The translations under genes were made by a program, and so were the position numbers. The notes beneath the pieces were generated by a model. It was not told the DNA's origin, searched no databases, and saw only the letters and a list, made by a program, of their open reading frames with translations. Positions 10,238-20,093 of a stretch of DNA of 64,000 nucleotides are shown here, piece by piece (the first letter of the stretch is position 1; the number at the start of each line of letters is the position of its first letter). The stretch spans positions 2,912,001-2,976,000 of the forward strand of contig CBDEFM010000002.1 of assembly GCA_965237415.1 (NCBI GenBank), in the 5' to 3' direction. This DNA is from Alphaproteobacteria bacterium (lineage in GTDB: Bacteria > Pseudomonadota > Alphaproteobacteria > UBA828).

Positions 10238-10248
10238 GGCTCCCTTCC

Positions 10249-10761
10249 TCATGCCTTGCGCGCCGCCTCCGCCACTCTGCGCCAGAAGGCCTCGTCCCAC
10301 CAGCGCCGCGCGGCACCGGAGGTGGACGGCAGCACGTGGATCGCGGTCTCGCCGATGCGCCGCAGCTGCTCTCCATAGTCGATGGTCGCGTTATCGAGAA
10401 AGACGCGCGCCGCCCGCTTGCCGTTGAAAGCCAGGACAGCCGGCCGATACCGGGCGATCTTCGCGGCGAGCGCCGCCGTATCGTCGGCTTGGCCCGACAG
10501 GCTTACGTCCGAGCCGGCTTCCGTTTTGCAAAGATCGGTAAGTCCGATGCCGTAGCCCCGCACGGTACGGAATTCCGCCGGCGCAAGGATTCGCGGGGTC
10601 AGCCCCACGCGGTAGAGCGTCGGCCAGAAGCGGTTGCCGGGGCCGGCATAGTAGGCGCCGGCGCGCGCCGAGGCCGCGCCCGCCGCCGAGCCGCAGAAGA
10701 CGATGCTGAGTCCTGAGCCCAGCACATCGGGCAGGACATCCGGCAGGATGGGGGCAGCCAT
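10249..10761 (-). CDS. mug: mismatch-specific (G/U) DNA glycosylase
   Basis: LPDVL..LSIVFCG, YYAGPGNRFW, GIGLTDL, VLPSTSG. Confidence 0.88.
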   Translation of the reverse strand: MAAPILPDVLPDVLGSGLSIVFCGSAAGAASARAGAYYAGPGNRFWPTLYRVGLTPRILAPAEFRTVRGYGIGLTDLCKTEAGSDVSLSGQADDTAALAAKIARYRPAVLAFNGKRAARVFLDNATIDYGEQLRRIGETAIHVLPSTSGAARRWWDEAFWRRVAEAARKA

Positions 10762-10844
10762 GGGCCGGCGCTCTCTCCTCTTGCGATTGGCGGGGCGCTC
10801 TATAATAGACGCCTTGCGGTTGACGACAGCGACGGAGCGGGACG

Positions 10845-12104
10845 GTGCGGAACATCAAGGTCGATGGCGATCGCCTGTGGGCGAGCCTCATGGAGATGGC
10901 GAAGATCGGCGCGACGGAGAAGGGCGGCGTCTGCCGGCTCGCGCTCACCGACGTGGACAAGGCGGCGCGCGATCTCTTCGTCCAGTGGTGCGGGGAGGCC
11001 GGCTGTACCGTCAGCGTCGACAAGATGGGCAACATCTTCGCCCGTCGGGCGGGCAAGGACGAGACGCTCCCGCCGGTGATGACCGGCAGCCATATCGACA
11101 GCCAGCCGACGGGAGGCAAGTTCGACGGCATCTACGGCGTGCTCGCCGGCCTCGAGGTGATCCGCACCCTCAACGATCTCGGCTACGAGACCGACGCACC
11201 CATCGAGATCTCGGCCTGGACCAACGAGGAAGGCTCGCGGTTTGCGCCGGCGATGGTGGCATCGGGCGTCTTCGGCGGCGTGTTCACGCTGGAGGAAGGC
11301 CTGGCGTGTGCGGATGTCGACGGCAAGACCATCGGCGAGGAGCTGGAGCGCATCGGCTACGCCGGCGAGATGGAATGCGGTGGGCGCGAAGTCGGCGCCT
11401 TCTTCGAAGCCCACATCGAGCAGGGGCCGATCCTCGAAGCGGAGGAGAAGACCATCGGCATCGTGCAGGGGGTACAAGGCATCAGCTGGTTCGACGTGTC
11501 GGTGACGGGCATGGATTCCCACGCCGGCACGACGCCGATGGAGCGCCGCCGGGATGCCCTGGTCGGCGCCGCCAGGCTGGTTACGGCGATCGACCAGCTC
11601 GCGCTCGACAACGCGCCGGACGGCCGCTCGACCGTCGGCGTGATGCGGGTGAGCCCCAACTCCCGCAACGTCATCCCGGGTTCCGTCTACTTCTCGATCG
11701 ACCTGCGCCACCCCGACGCCGACAGGCTGGCGACCATGACCGCGGACGCCCGGCGCCATGCAGAGGAAATCGCCGCCGAGCGCGGGCTGGAGATCACGGT
11801 CGAGGAGATCTGGCACTCACCGCCGGTGAAGTTTGCCGATGCGTGCGTGGGTGCCGTCCAGAACGCGGCCGAGACCCTGGGCTATGCGAGCCGGCCGATC
11901 ACCTCGGGCGCCGGCCACGACGCGGTCTACGTCTCGCGCGTCGCCCCCACCGGCATGATCTTCATCCCCTGCGAGGACGGGATCAGCCACAACGAGATCG
12001 AGGCCGCCACGCAGGCCGACATCGCCGCCGGTTGCGACGTATTGCTGAATGCGATGGTCTCGCTCGCCACCCGCGACGAGGACGAGGCGCGCGAGGGCGT
12101 GTGA
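10845..12104 (+). CDS. M20 Zn-dependent hydrolase (N-carbamoyl-amino-acid amidohydrolase / beta-ureidopropionase)
   Basis: GSHIDSQPTGGKFDG, WTNEEGSRF, EAHIEQGP, HAGTTPM, SGAGHDA. Confidence 0.93.
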   Translation: MRNIKVDGDRLWASLMEMAKIGATEKGGVCRLALTDVDKAARDLFVQWCGEAGCTVSVDKMGNIFARRAGKDETLPPVMTGSHIDSQPTGGKFDGIYGVLAGLEVIRTLNDLGYETDAPIEISAWTNEEGSRFAPAMVASGVFGGVFTLEEGLACADVDGKTIGEELERIGYAGEMECGGREVGAFFEAHIEQGPILEAEEKTIGIVQGVQGISWFDVSVTGMDSHAGTTPMERRRDALVGAARLVTAIDQLALDNAPDGRSTVGVMRVSPNSRNVIPGSVYFSIDLRHPDADRLATMTADARRHAEEIAAERGLEITVEEIWHSPPVKFADACVGAVQNAAETLGYASRPITSGAGHDAVYVSRVAPTGMIFIPCEDGISHNEIEAATQADIAAGCDVLLNAMVSLATRDEDEAREGV

Positions 12105-12105
12105 T

Positions 12106-13140
12106 CTAACCTGCGACTTCGCGGCGGACGATGGCGGCGCCCTCGACCATCGCCTGGAGCTTGCCGAACGCGGTCTGCCGCGTGAGGTACTTCATGCCGC
12201 AATCGGGTGCGGCGACGAGGCGGTCCGCCGGCACCACCGCGAGCGCCTCGCGCAGCCGCGCCGCCACGGTCTCCGGCCGCTCGATGGCGGGATCGTTCAT
12301 GTCGATCACGCCGTAGAGAATTTCCTTCGACGGCAGGTGGGCGAGCACCGCCGGGTCGAGACCCGGCTGGGCCGCCTCGATCGAGATCTGGTCCACCGCC
12401 GCAGCCTCCAGCTCCGGCAGGAAGGAATAGCCGCTGGGCTTGTCGTGAACCGCGTAGGCGTAGCCGAAGCAAAGATGCAGCGCGGTCTTGCCGTCCACGC
12501 CGTCGAGCGCCCGGTTGATCGCCTTCACCGCGTAGGCACGCGCCGGCTCGGGCCGGGCCTGCACATAGGGCTCATCGAGCTGCACGATGTCGGCGCCGGC
12601 GGCGAAGAGGTCCCTGATCTCCTCGTTGACCGCCTCCGCATAGGCCATCGCGAGGCTTTCGTCGTCCGGGTAATAGGCGTTCTCCGCCTGCTGGGTCATG
12701 GTGAAGGGGCCGGGCACAGTGATCTTGATCGTGCGATCCGTGTTGGCGCGCAGGAACTTGACGTCCTCCACCTCGACCGGGCGCTCGCGCCGGATCGGCC
12801 CTGAGACGAGGGGGACGGACGCGGGATTCCCGGTTCGGTCCATGTGCGTGCCCGTCCGCTCCTTGTCGATGCCGCCGAGTGCCGTGGCAAGCCGGTTGGA
12901 ATAGCTCTCGCGTCTGATCTCGCCGTCGCTGATGACGTCGAGGCCCGCGCGCTCCTGATCCCTGATCGCGGCCAGCGTCGCCGCCTCCTGGGCTTCCTCC
13001 AGATGCTCGGGCGGGATGCGCCACATCTCCTGCGCGCGCACTCTGGGCGGCAGGCGGTTCACCAGGTTATCCCGGTCGACGAGCCAGTCCGGCTGCGGAT
13101 AGCTGCCGACGACGGCGGTGGTCAGTACGCCCTCGCTCAT
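12106..13140 (-). CDS. cobalamin-independent methionine synthase II (core) family protein
   Basis: VGSYPQPDW, SDGEIRRESY, QLDEP, HLCFGY, APDCGMK Zn ligands. Confidence 0.88.
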   Translation of the reverse strand: MSEGVLTTAVVGSYPQPDWLVDRDNLVNRLPPRVRAQEMWRIPPEHLEEAQEAATLAAIRDQERAGLDVISDGEIRRESYSNRLATALGGIDKERTGTHMDRTGNPASVPLVSGPIRRERPVEVEDVKFLRANTDRTIKITVPGPFTMTQQAENAYYPDDESLAMAYAEAVNEEIRDLFAAGADIVQLDEPYVQARPEPARAYAVKAINRALDGVDGKTALHLCFGYAYAVHDKPSGYSFLPELEAAAVDQISIEAAQPGLDPAVLAHLPSKEILYGVIDMNDPAIERPETVAARLREALAVVPADRLVAAPDCGMKYLTRQTAFGKLQAMVEGAAIVRREVAG

Positions 13141-13166
13141 GGGGTCCATCCCTTTCGTTGCCGGCG

Positions 13167-13194
13167 CATGGCCGTGGTGAGAATTCCGGGCTAG
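13167..13194 (+). repeat. short dispersed repeat family B, copy 2
   Basis: catggccgtggtgagaattccgggctag. Confidence 0.85.
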
Positions 13195-13237
13195 GCTGGG
13201 CCGCGCCTTGGGGCGGGATAGCACGGAGTAGGGGGCG

Positions 13238-14068
13238 ATGAAACTCTGCCTGATCCAGATGAACAGCACGCCCGACCACGCGGAGAACGTGGCCCGCGCA
13301 GCGACCCATATCGACCGGGCCGTTGCGGCCGCGTTGCCCGATCTCGTGGTCGTGCCGGAGTTCTTCAACCACCCTTATGTCTTCCAGTATCGCGACTACC
13401 GGCATATCGACGAGGCGGAGAGCGCGGACGGCCTCGCCATCTCCGCCATGCGCGCCAAGGCACGCGAGCACGGCATCCACATTATCGCCACGATCTTCGA
13501 GATAGAATCCGCCGGCATCTGCTACGACAGCGCCATCGTGATCGACCCATCCGGCGAGATTCTCGGCCGCTACCGCAAGGCGCATCCGGCGGCGGTCCGC
13601 AGCCTGGAGAAGATCTATTTCCGCTACGGCTCGCACTTCCCCGTGTTCAGAATCGGCGAGTGGCGGGTCGGCATAAACATATGCTACGACACGTTCTTTC
13701 CCGAGTCCGCGCGCTGCGCTGCGGTCAACGGCGCGGAGCTGATCGTGGTCCCCTTCGCCTGCCCGCCCATCGCCTGCTGGCGCGAGACCATGCGGACCCG
13801 CGCCTTCGAGAACGGCGTGTATTTCGCCCCCTGCAACAAGGTGGGCCTGGAAGGGGAGTGGACCTTCGGCGGGCGCAGCATGATCGTGGCTCCCGATTCC
13901 GAGGTGCTGGCCGAGGCGGGCGACGAAGGCGACGAGACCATCACGGCGACCCTCGACCGTGCCCGTGTCTTCGAGGCCCGCCGCGCCTGGCCAATGTTCC
14001 GCGACCGCCGCCCCGACCTCTACACGTCCATCACGACGCCGACGGAAGACATCCCGCGGACCGACTGA
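13238..14068 (+). CDS. carbon-nitrogen hydrolase (nitrilase superfamily)
   Basis: PEFF, YRKAH, ICYD, RDRRPD. Confidence 0.9.
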   Translation: MKLCLIQMNSTPDHAENVARAATHIDRAVAAALPDLVVVPEFFNHPYVFQYRDYRHIDEAESADGLAISAMRAKAREHGIHIIATIFEIESAGICYDSAIVIDPSGEILGRYRKAHPAAVRSLEKIYFRYGSHFPVFRIGEWRVGINICYDTFFPESARCAAVNGAELIVVPFACPPIACWRETMRTRAFENGVYFAPCNKVGLEGEWTFGGRSMIVAPDSEVLAEAGDEGDETITATLDRARVFEARRAWPMFRDRRPDLYTSITTPTEDIPRTD

Positions 14069-14085
14069 TCGCGGTGGCTTGGGGA

Positions 14086-15621
14086 ATGGAGACTGCAAGA
14101 CGGACTGTGGCAGCCGCCGGCTTGGTCTGCATTATTGCCCTTGCCGGTGCGGCGTTGCCGGTCGCGGCCGCCCTTGCTGCGCTGGAGGAAGGCCCGCCCG
14201 TGCCGGCAGCGCGCACGATCCCCGTCGCGCCGGTCGATCCCGACAGCACGGCCGGGCGGATCGTCCTTCCCGTCGCCGATTGGCTGGAGGAACGCTTCGG
14301 TTCCGACTCCGAGACGATCCGGCTCACGCTCGATGCGCCGCTATGGGCGGAGGAGCGGGAAGGCACCGTCACACTCCATCTTCCCGGGGCGAGGCTCGTG
14401 GAGCCCTCCGCGCCCCTCGTCCAGTGGGCACTCGGCGACCTGGCCATCGCGGTGACACCGCGGAGCGAAATTGCCTACGACTTCGAGGCCGCGCTGCCGG
14501 CGACGATCGACAAGGGGCGAGAGCGCCTCACGATTGGCGAGGCCACAATCTCCGGCACGTGGCGGTCCGATCTGGAGATCACGACCAATCTGGAGGCCAA
14601 TGCCGCCAACCTCCGGCTCTTCGAGGGCACGGGGTCGGCTGCGGTGGAGACAATGTCATTGGGGGTGCTCGCCGTCGCGGACGAGCTGGTTGAGGGCGCC
14701 GACGGGCTGTGGGACGGCCACTCCATGCTCAGTCTGTCCGGCCTGGAGGGCGAGGGTGTCACCCTGGGCCGGGTCGAGATCGCGGGCAGCTTCGAGGACT
14801 TCGATCGCGATTTGATCCTGCAGACGCGCGGGGACGTCGGCTCGTTCACAGGCGGTATGGGCGGGCCGACGGCGCTCGCGGACGTTCTGACGCCCCTCAT
14901 CGGCGGGCGCTGGGGGCGGTCCGAGTTTTCGGTCGTGTTGCAGGACTTGACGGCGACCGACGACGGCACCGGCTTGACCGATGGCGGCGAACTTTCGCTC
15001 GGCCGGCTGGAGTGGCGGGTCGATCTCGACGGACGAACGGACCTCGCAGGCCTCGCCACGCGAATCGCGGTCGCCGACCTTCGGCTCGGCGGAGAGGCCA
15101 CCGCCGAGATCCCGCCCGCGCTCATGCCCCATGCGGCGACCATCGATATCGCCCTGGAGCGATTGCCGCTTCGGCGGATCGCCGAGGCGCTCTCCGCGCC
15201 TTCCCCGTCAGATCAAACCCGCGAGCCCCAACGTGGATCGATAGCGGATACCGTCCTCGCGCATCTGGACGCGGCGGATTCCGCATTCGAGCTTCGGGAC
15301 ATCCACGTGGCTGCGCCGTCATACGAGCTCCGTGCCGATGGCCGGTTCCAGGTCGAGCCGGCCAGCCTCTTCGGCATCATCGGCCGCTTGGATGCCCGCA
15401 TTCGGGGGCTGAGCTCTCTCATGGCGCTGGCTGCGGGGGAGGGGGAGGAGGACGCGGTGGCGTTGCTGATCGTCCTCCAGGGTCTCGGCAGGCCGGTTTT
15501 CGAGGAGGGTGCGGACGAGCCATTTTACGCCTATGAGATCGACTTGCGCCGCGACGGCGGCGTCACCGTTAACGGCATTCCCTTCGACATGCTGCTCCCA
15601 GGCGGCCTCTCGCCTCAGTGA
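14086..15621 (+). CDS. hypothetical exported protein (DUF2125-like C-terminus possible)
   Basis: signal-like N-terminus; beta-rich body; C-terminal YEIDLRRDGGVTVNG. Confidence 0.7.
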   Translation: METARRTVAAAGLVCIIALAGAALPVAAALAALEEGPPVPAARTIPVAPVDPDSTAGRIVLPVADWLEERFGSDSETIRLTLDAPLWAEEREGTVTLHLPGARLVEPSAPLVQWALGDLAIAVTPRSEIAYDFEAALPATIDKGRERLTIGEATISGTWRSDLEITTNLEANAANLRLFEGTGSAAVETMSLGVLAVADELVEGADGLWDGHSMLSLSGLEGEGVTLGRVEIAGSFEDFDRDLILQTRGDVGSFTGGMGGPTALADVLTPLIGGRWGRSEFSVVLQDLTATDDGTGLTDGGELSLGRLEWRVDLDGRTDLAGLATRIAVADLRLGGEATAEIPPALMPHAATIDIALERLPLRRIAEALSAPSPSDQTREPQRGSIADTVLAHLDAADSAFELRDIHVAAPSYELRADGRFQVEPASLFGIIGRLDARIRGLSSLMALAAGEGEEDAVALLIVLQGLGRPVFEEGADEPFYAYEIDLRRDGGVTVNGIPFDMLLPGGLSPQ

Positions 15622-15870
15622 GTGCCGACGACTGTCGAGTACGGGAAGTGCGCCGTGATCGAGTTCGGCTTCATCGACCACCCGCTGGCCGGGACGCCAA
15701 TCGGTGCGGCGCTGGACCTGTGCATCGTCCTCACGCTGGTGTTCATCCCGTCCATCCGCGTCACCGAATCGATCTCCGCCGCGAAATACCCCGGCTACCG
15801 TGCGTACCAGGCGAAGACGCCGGCGCTCATTCCCTTCCTGCGGTTCGCCCGTCCTGCCAGGGGCGCTTAG
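15622..15870 (+). pseudogene. C-terminal fragment of a DUF1295 / steroid 5-alpha-reductase-like membrane protein
   Basis: FIPSIRVTESISAAKYPGYRAYQAKTPALIPF resembles the family C-terminus; N-terminal part absent. Confidence 0.55.
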
Positions 15871-15971
15871 CGCACAGGGACCGCTATGGAGGACCAGCCG
15901 GTGCGATGCGCCCCTTGCCAGGGTGCGGCGGGGGCGGGATAGTTTTGTCGAGCAGTCGAGGGGCTGACGGC

Positions 15972-16952
15972 ATGAGTGACGAGTTCGATTGGGAAATACC
16001 GCTCTCGGCGCAGCCGAAGCCGGAGCAGGTGTCTTTCGACCTCGACAGCGCGCTCGGCGCGGTTGTGGGCCTGCGCGCAACCATCCCGGAAGACGCGTTC
16101 ACCGCCGGGATTCTGGGGACGGAGAGAACCGGCAACGGGATCCTCATCGGCGCGAGCGGCCTTGTGCTCACCATCGGCTACCTGGTCGCCGAGGCGGAAT
16201 CGGTCTGGTTGACGGCGAGCGATGGCAGCGTGCTTGCGGGCCATGCGTTGGGCTACGACTTCGAATCTGGGTTCGGCCTGGTGCAGGCGCTCGGCCGCTT
16301 CAATGTGCCGGCGCTCGAAATCGGCTCCTCGGCCGCCCTCGAGGTCGGCGATTTCGTGATCGTCGCCGGCGAAGGCGGTCGGCGGCATTCCCTCAACTCC
16401 CGCGTCACGGCCAAACGCGAGTTCGCCGGCTATTGGGAGTATGTGCTCGACGAGGCCATCTTCACCACGCCGCCGCATCCCAACTGGGGCGGGAGCGGGC
16501 TGATCGACCGCCACGGCCGGCTCGTCGGCATCGGCTCGCTGCTGGTGCGCCACGCCGGCGGCGGCGGGGCCGACTCGCTCGACGGCAACATGATCGTGCC
16601 CATCGACCTGTTGCCGCCGATCCTCGACGACATGCAAACGCTGGGGCGCACCCAGCGCCCGCCCAGGCCCTGGCTCGGCGCCTACGTCACCGAGGTCGAC
16701 GAGGCGCTCGTTGTCGCCGGCCTCGCGCCGGAGGGGCCGGCCGAGCAGGCGGAGCTTCAGGTCGGCGATCAGGTGCTCGCGGTGAACCGTCAGCCGGTCA
16801 GCAGCCTCGTCGAGCTCTTCCGCAGCGTCTGGGCGGTGGGCGAGGCGGGCGTCGCCGTGCCGCTCACCGTCATGCGAAACGGCGAGCACCACGAGGTACG
16901 GGTGCTGAGCGCCACCCGCGACGCGTTCCTCAAGACTCCCCAGCTGCACTGA
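15972..16952 (+). CDS. S1C (HtrA-like) trypsin-fold protein with PDZ domain
   Basis: GNGILI..GLVLTIGYLV, NWGGSGL, PWLG, GPAEQAELQVGD PDZ. Confidence 0.85.
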   Translation: MSDEFDWEIPLSAQPKPEQVSFDLDSALGAVVGLRATIPEDAFTAGILGTERTGNGILIGASGLVLTIGYLVAEAESVWLTASDGSVLAGHALGYDFESGFGLVQALGRFNVPALEIGSSAALEVGDFVIVAGEGGRRHSLNSRVTAKREFAGYWEYVLDEAIFTTPPHPNWGGSGLIDRHGRLVGIGSLLVRHAGGGGADSLDGNMIVPIDLLPPILDDMQTLGRTQRPPRPWLGAYVTEVDEALVVAGLAPEGPAEQAELQVGDQVLAVNRQPVSSLVELFRSVWAVGEAGVAVPLTVMRNGEHHEVRVLSATRDAFLKTPQLH

Positions 16953-17844
16953 TATTTCTAGGCATGAGCCGGGCGGCGCCGCGCAGGCCGCTCTCCGGCC
17001 CGAAGTGCGCGCGGACGAGCCGGGTGGCGGGCCTTGTCACGCTCGCGTGCGCGCCCCAGGCGGCGGGCACCAGGCGATAGAGTGCTGCGATCGCCGAAAG
17101 GCCACCGCCCAGCACGATCACGTCAGGGTCGAGCAGGTTGATAACGGCGGCGAGCGCTTGGGCCAGGCGCTCGGCATAGCTGGCCACGGCGTCCACCGCC
17201 TGCGCGTCCCCCACGTCCGCCCGTGCGGCGATCTCTTCGGCCGTAGCTTCGCCACCGCCGAGCGCGGCGTAGTCGCGCGCGAGCGCCGCCCCGTTGAGCC
17301 AGGTCTCGACGCAGCCTTGGGCGAAGCGCCCGCAGGCACAGGGCACGCCGGCGCCCCCCGGCGTGGGCCACGGGTTGTGACCCCACTCGCCGGCGGTGGC
17401 GTTGGCGCCCACCACGACCTCGCCCCGCACCACCAGTGCGCCGCCCACGCCGGTGCCGAGGATGACCCCGAACACCACCTCGGCCCCTGCACCGGCGCCA
17501 TCGGTCGCCTCGGAGAGGGCGAAGCAGTTGGCGTCGTTGGCGAGCGCGACCGGGCAGCCGAGTCGCGCCTCCAGGGCTTGCCGCAGGGGCTGCCCTTCGA
17601 GCCAGGGCAGGTTGACGATCATGCTGATCTCGCCGTCGCGCGTGATGATGCCGGGGAGGCTGACGCCGACGCTCGGCGCGCGCACGCCCCCTGCTGCGAG
17701 CCGCTCCACGATCTCGGCGACGGTGTCGATCACGCCGCCGAAGCTCGTGGGCACCGGCTGGCGCAGGCGCGCGCACTCCCGCCCGTCGCCGTCGAGGGCG
17801 ATGGCGGCGAGCTTCGTGCCGCCGATGTCGATACCGATGTGCAT
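16930..17844 (-). CDS. ROK family sugar kinase (GlcNAc/fructokinase-like)
   Basis: GIDIGGTK, NDANCFALSEA, GTGVGG, GEWGH, CACG...CVE. Confidence 0.92.
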   Translation of the reverse strand: MHIGIDIGGTKLAAIALDGDGRECARLRQPVPTSFGGVIDTVAEIVERLAAGGVRAPSVGVSLPGIITRDGEISMIVNLPWLEGQPLRQALEARLGCPVALANDANCFALSEATDGAGAGAEVVFGVILGTGVGGALVVRGEVVVGANATAGEWGHNPWPTPGGAGVPCACGRFAQGCVETWLNGAALARDYAALGGGEATAEEIAARADVGDAQAVDAVASYAERLAQALAAVINLLDPDVIVLGGGLSAIAALYRLVPAAWGAHASVTRPATRLVRAHFGPESGLRGAARLMPRNISAAGES

Positions 17845-17850
17845 CGTGGC

Positions 17851-19004
17851 CTATTGCGCCTCCGGCGTGTCGCTGCGCGCGCCGCCGATCCAGATGGCGC
17901 GGACGCGGAGGTCATCGTCGAGCCAGATCAGATCGGCGCGGAGGGCGCGAGCCGCCCCCGGCTCTCGCCGATGCAAAGGAAATCCGCCGGGTAGGCGGAG
18001 GCCATGGCGAGCGCGTCGGCGAGCGGGATGCCTGCGTGCATGACGCAGTTTCTCACCGCCTGCCCCATGTTCAGCAGCGAGCCGGCGAGTCGGCCGTCGG
18101 CCAAGCGCAGGCAGCCGTCCACGATCCGCACAGTCTCGTTGCCAATGCGGATCGCGTCTGCATCGGGCGCCCCGACTGGGGCCATCGCGTCGGTGACCAG
18201 AAAAAGCGTGCCACGGGGTTTCGCGCGCCAGGCGAGGCGCAGCACGTCCCAGTGCACGTGGACGCCATCGGCGATGATGCCGCAGGCGAGGCGGTCGCGG
18301 GTGAGCGCCGCGCCGGCCGCACCCGGCTCCCGGTGGCCGAGCGGGCCCATGGCATTGAACAGATGGGTGACGCCGGTGAGACCATGCGCCATCGCCGTGT
18401 CCATCGTGTCGGCGTTGGCGTCGCTGTGACCGGCGGCGACGATGACGCCGCGTGCGGCAAGCGCCGCGATATCTGCCGGTGTCACGCACTCCGGTGCCAG
18501 TGTCACCAGGGTGCGACCGGTGGCGAGCGAGGCGAGCAGGTCGATGTCGCCCTCGGCTGGCGGCCGGATCGTCCGCGCGTCATGCGCCCCGCGGCGCGCG
18601 GGGTTGATGTGCGGCCCTTCGAAGTGGATGCCGAGGACTCCCGGCTCGCCCGAGTCCATCGCCTCGCGCACCGCCGTGACCGCCCGCGCCATGTCGGCGC
18701 GCGCGCCGGAGATGAAGGTCGCCAGGAAGCCCGTGGTGCCGAAGGCGCGATGGGCGCGACCGATCGCCGCGATGGTTGCCGCCGTCGGCGCGTCGTTGAA
18801 CATCACGCCGCCGCCGCCGTTGACTTGCAGGTCGATGAACCCAGCGGCGAGCGTGCCGCCCGCGAGCCGCGTGGCGCGGGTGGTGGCGGGGACCGCGTCC
18901 TCGGCCACGATATCGCGGATTGTGCCGTCCGCCAGCAGCAGGGCGCGACCGGGGACGAGCCCCTCCGACGTGTGCAGCCGGGCGCCTACCAGGGCCTCCA
19001 TCAT
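17851..19004 (-). pseudogene. nagA: N-acetylglucosamine-6-phosphate deacetylase with frameshift near 17945
   Basis: GFIDLQVNG, HFEGP, LAPE, THLFNAM, VTDAM, LAGS; C-terminal RADLIWLDDDL..IWIGG lies in another frame. Confidence 0.85.
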
Positions 19005-19021
19005 CGCTCCAGCGGCCCCTG

Positions 19022-19069
19022 CCGGAATGCGTCGCGCAGACCTTGGCCGTGGTGAGAATTCCGGGCTAG
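19022..19069 (+). repeat. short dispersed repeat family B, copy 3
   Basis: ccggaatgcgtcgcgcagaccttggccgtggtgagaattccgggctag. Confidence 0.85.
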
Positions 19070-19104
19070 TGTCGGAGCAGGATTCACAGGATCGGGTGTA
19101 AGCC

Positions 19105-20091
19105 ATGCTACGCGCGGCCTCAATCGGAATGGGCTGGTGGTCCGACGAGCTCGCGGACGCCGCACAGGGTAAGTCGGACGCAATCCGCATCGTGACCTGC
19201 TTCACCCGGTCCGAGGAAAGGCGCGCGGCCTTCGCCGCGAAGTACGGCACGGCCCAGCACGACTCCTACGAGGCGGTGCTTGCCGATGGCTCGGTCGACG
19301 CGGTCATTCTGACCACGCCGCATTCGCTCCATGCCGAGCAGGCGATCGCGGCGGCGGCGGCCGGCAAGCACGTCTTCTGCGAGAAGCCTTTCACGCTCAC
19401 CCGCGCGAGCGCGCAGGCCGCGGTGGATGCCTGTGCCGAGGCGGGCGTGATACTCGCGATCGGGCAGAACCGGCGCTGGCACAGCGCGACCCGCGCGCTG
19501 AAGGCCATGCTGGAGGCGGGCGACTTCGGCACCGTCCTCCATGCCGAGGCCAATTTCTCCGTGCCGAGCGCGCTCAGCTACTCGCCCGATCTCTGGCGCT
19601 CCAACCGCATAGAGAGCCCGGCCGGCTCGGTCACGGGGCTCGGCATCCACATGATCGATGCCCTCGTCTATCTGTTGGGGCCCATCGCGTGGGTTGCGGC
19701 GCAGGCCTACCGGCGCGCGGTCCCGGTCGACATCGACGACACGACTTCGGTGCTGTTCGCCTTCGAGTCCGGTGTTACGGCCTATCTCGGCACGCTTTTC
19801 GCCTGCCCCCACACCTCCTACATCAACATCTACGGCACCGGCGGCAACGCGTTCGCCCAGATCGACAACAGCCAACTCACCCTTCAGGCGGCGGACGGGA
19901 CCCAGCGCGAGGAAGCGATCGAGCCCAACGACACGCTCAGGCTGGAGCTCGACGAGTTCGCCGCGGCCTGCGCCGGCGAGACGCAGTTCACGGTGACGAC
20001 CGAGGAAGCCGTGCACTGCATCGCCGTGATGGAGGCGCTGGTCGAGGCCGCGGACACCGGGCAGTGGGTGGCGGTCGCCGGCGAGGCCTAG
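19105..20091 (+). CDS. Gfo/Idh/MocA family oxidoreductase
   Basis: IGMGWW, TPHSLH, GKHVFCEKP, GIHMID. Confidence 0.92.
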   Translation: MLRAASIGMGWWSDELADAAQGKSDAIRIVTCFTRSEERRAAFAAKYGTAQHDSYEAVLADGSVDAVILTTPHSLHAEQAIAAAAAGKHVFCEKPFTLTRASAQAAVDACAEAGVILAIGQNRRWHSATRALKAMLEAGDFGTVLHAEANFSVPSALSYSPDLWRSNRIESPAGSVTGLGIHMIDALVYLLGPIAWVAAQAYRRAVPVDIDDTTSVLFAFESGVTAYLGTLFACPHTSYINIYGTGGNAFAQIDNSQLTLQAADGTQREEAIEPNDTLRLELDEFAAACAGETQFTVTTEEAVHCIAVMEALVEAADTGQWVAVAGEA

Positions 20092-20093
20092 CC

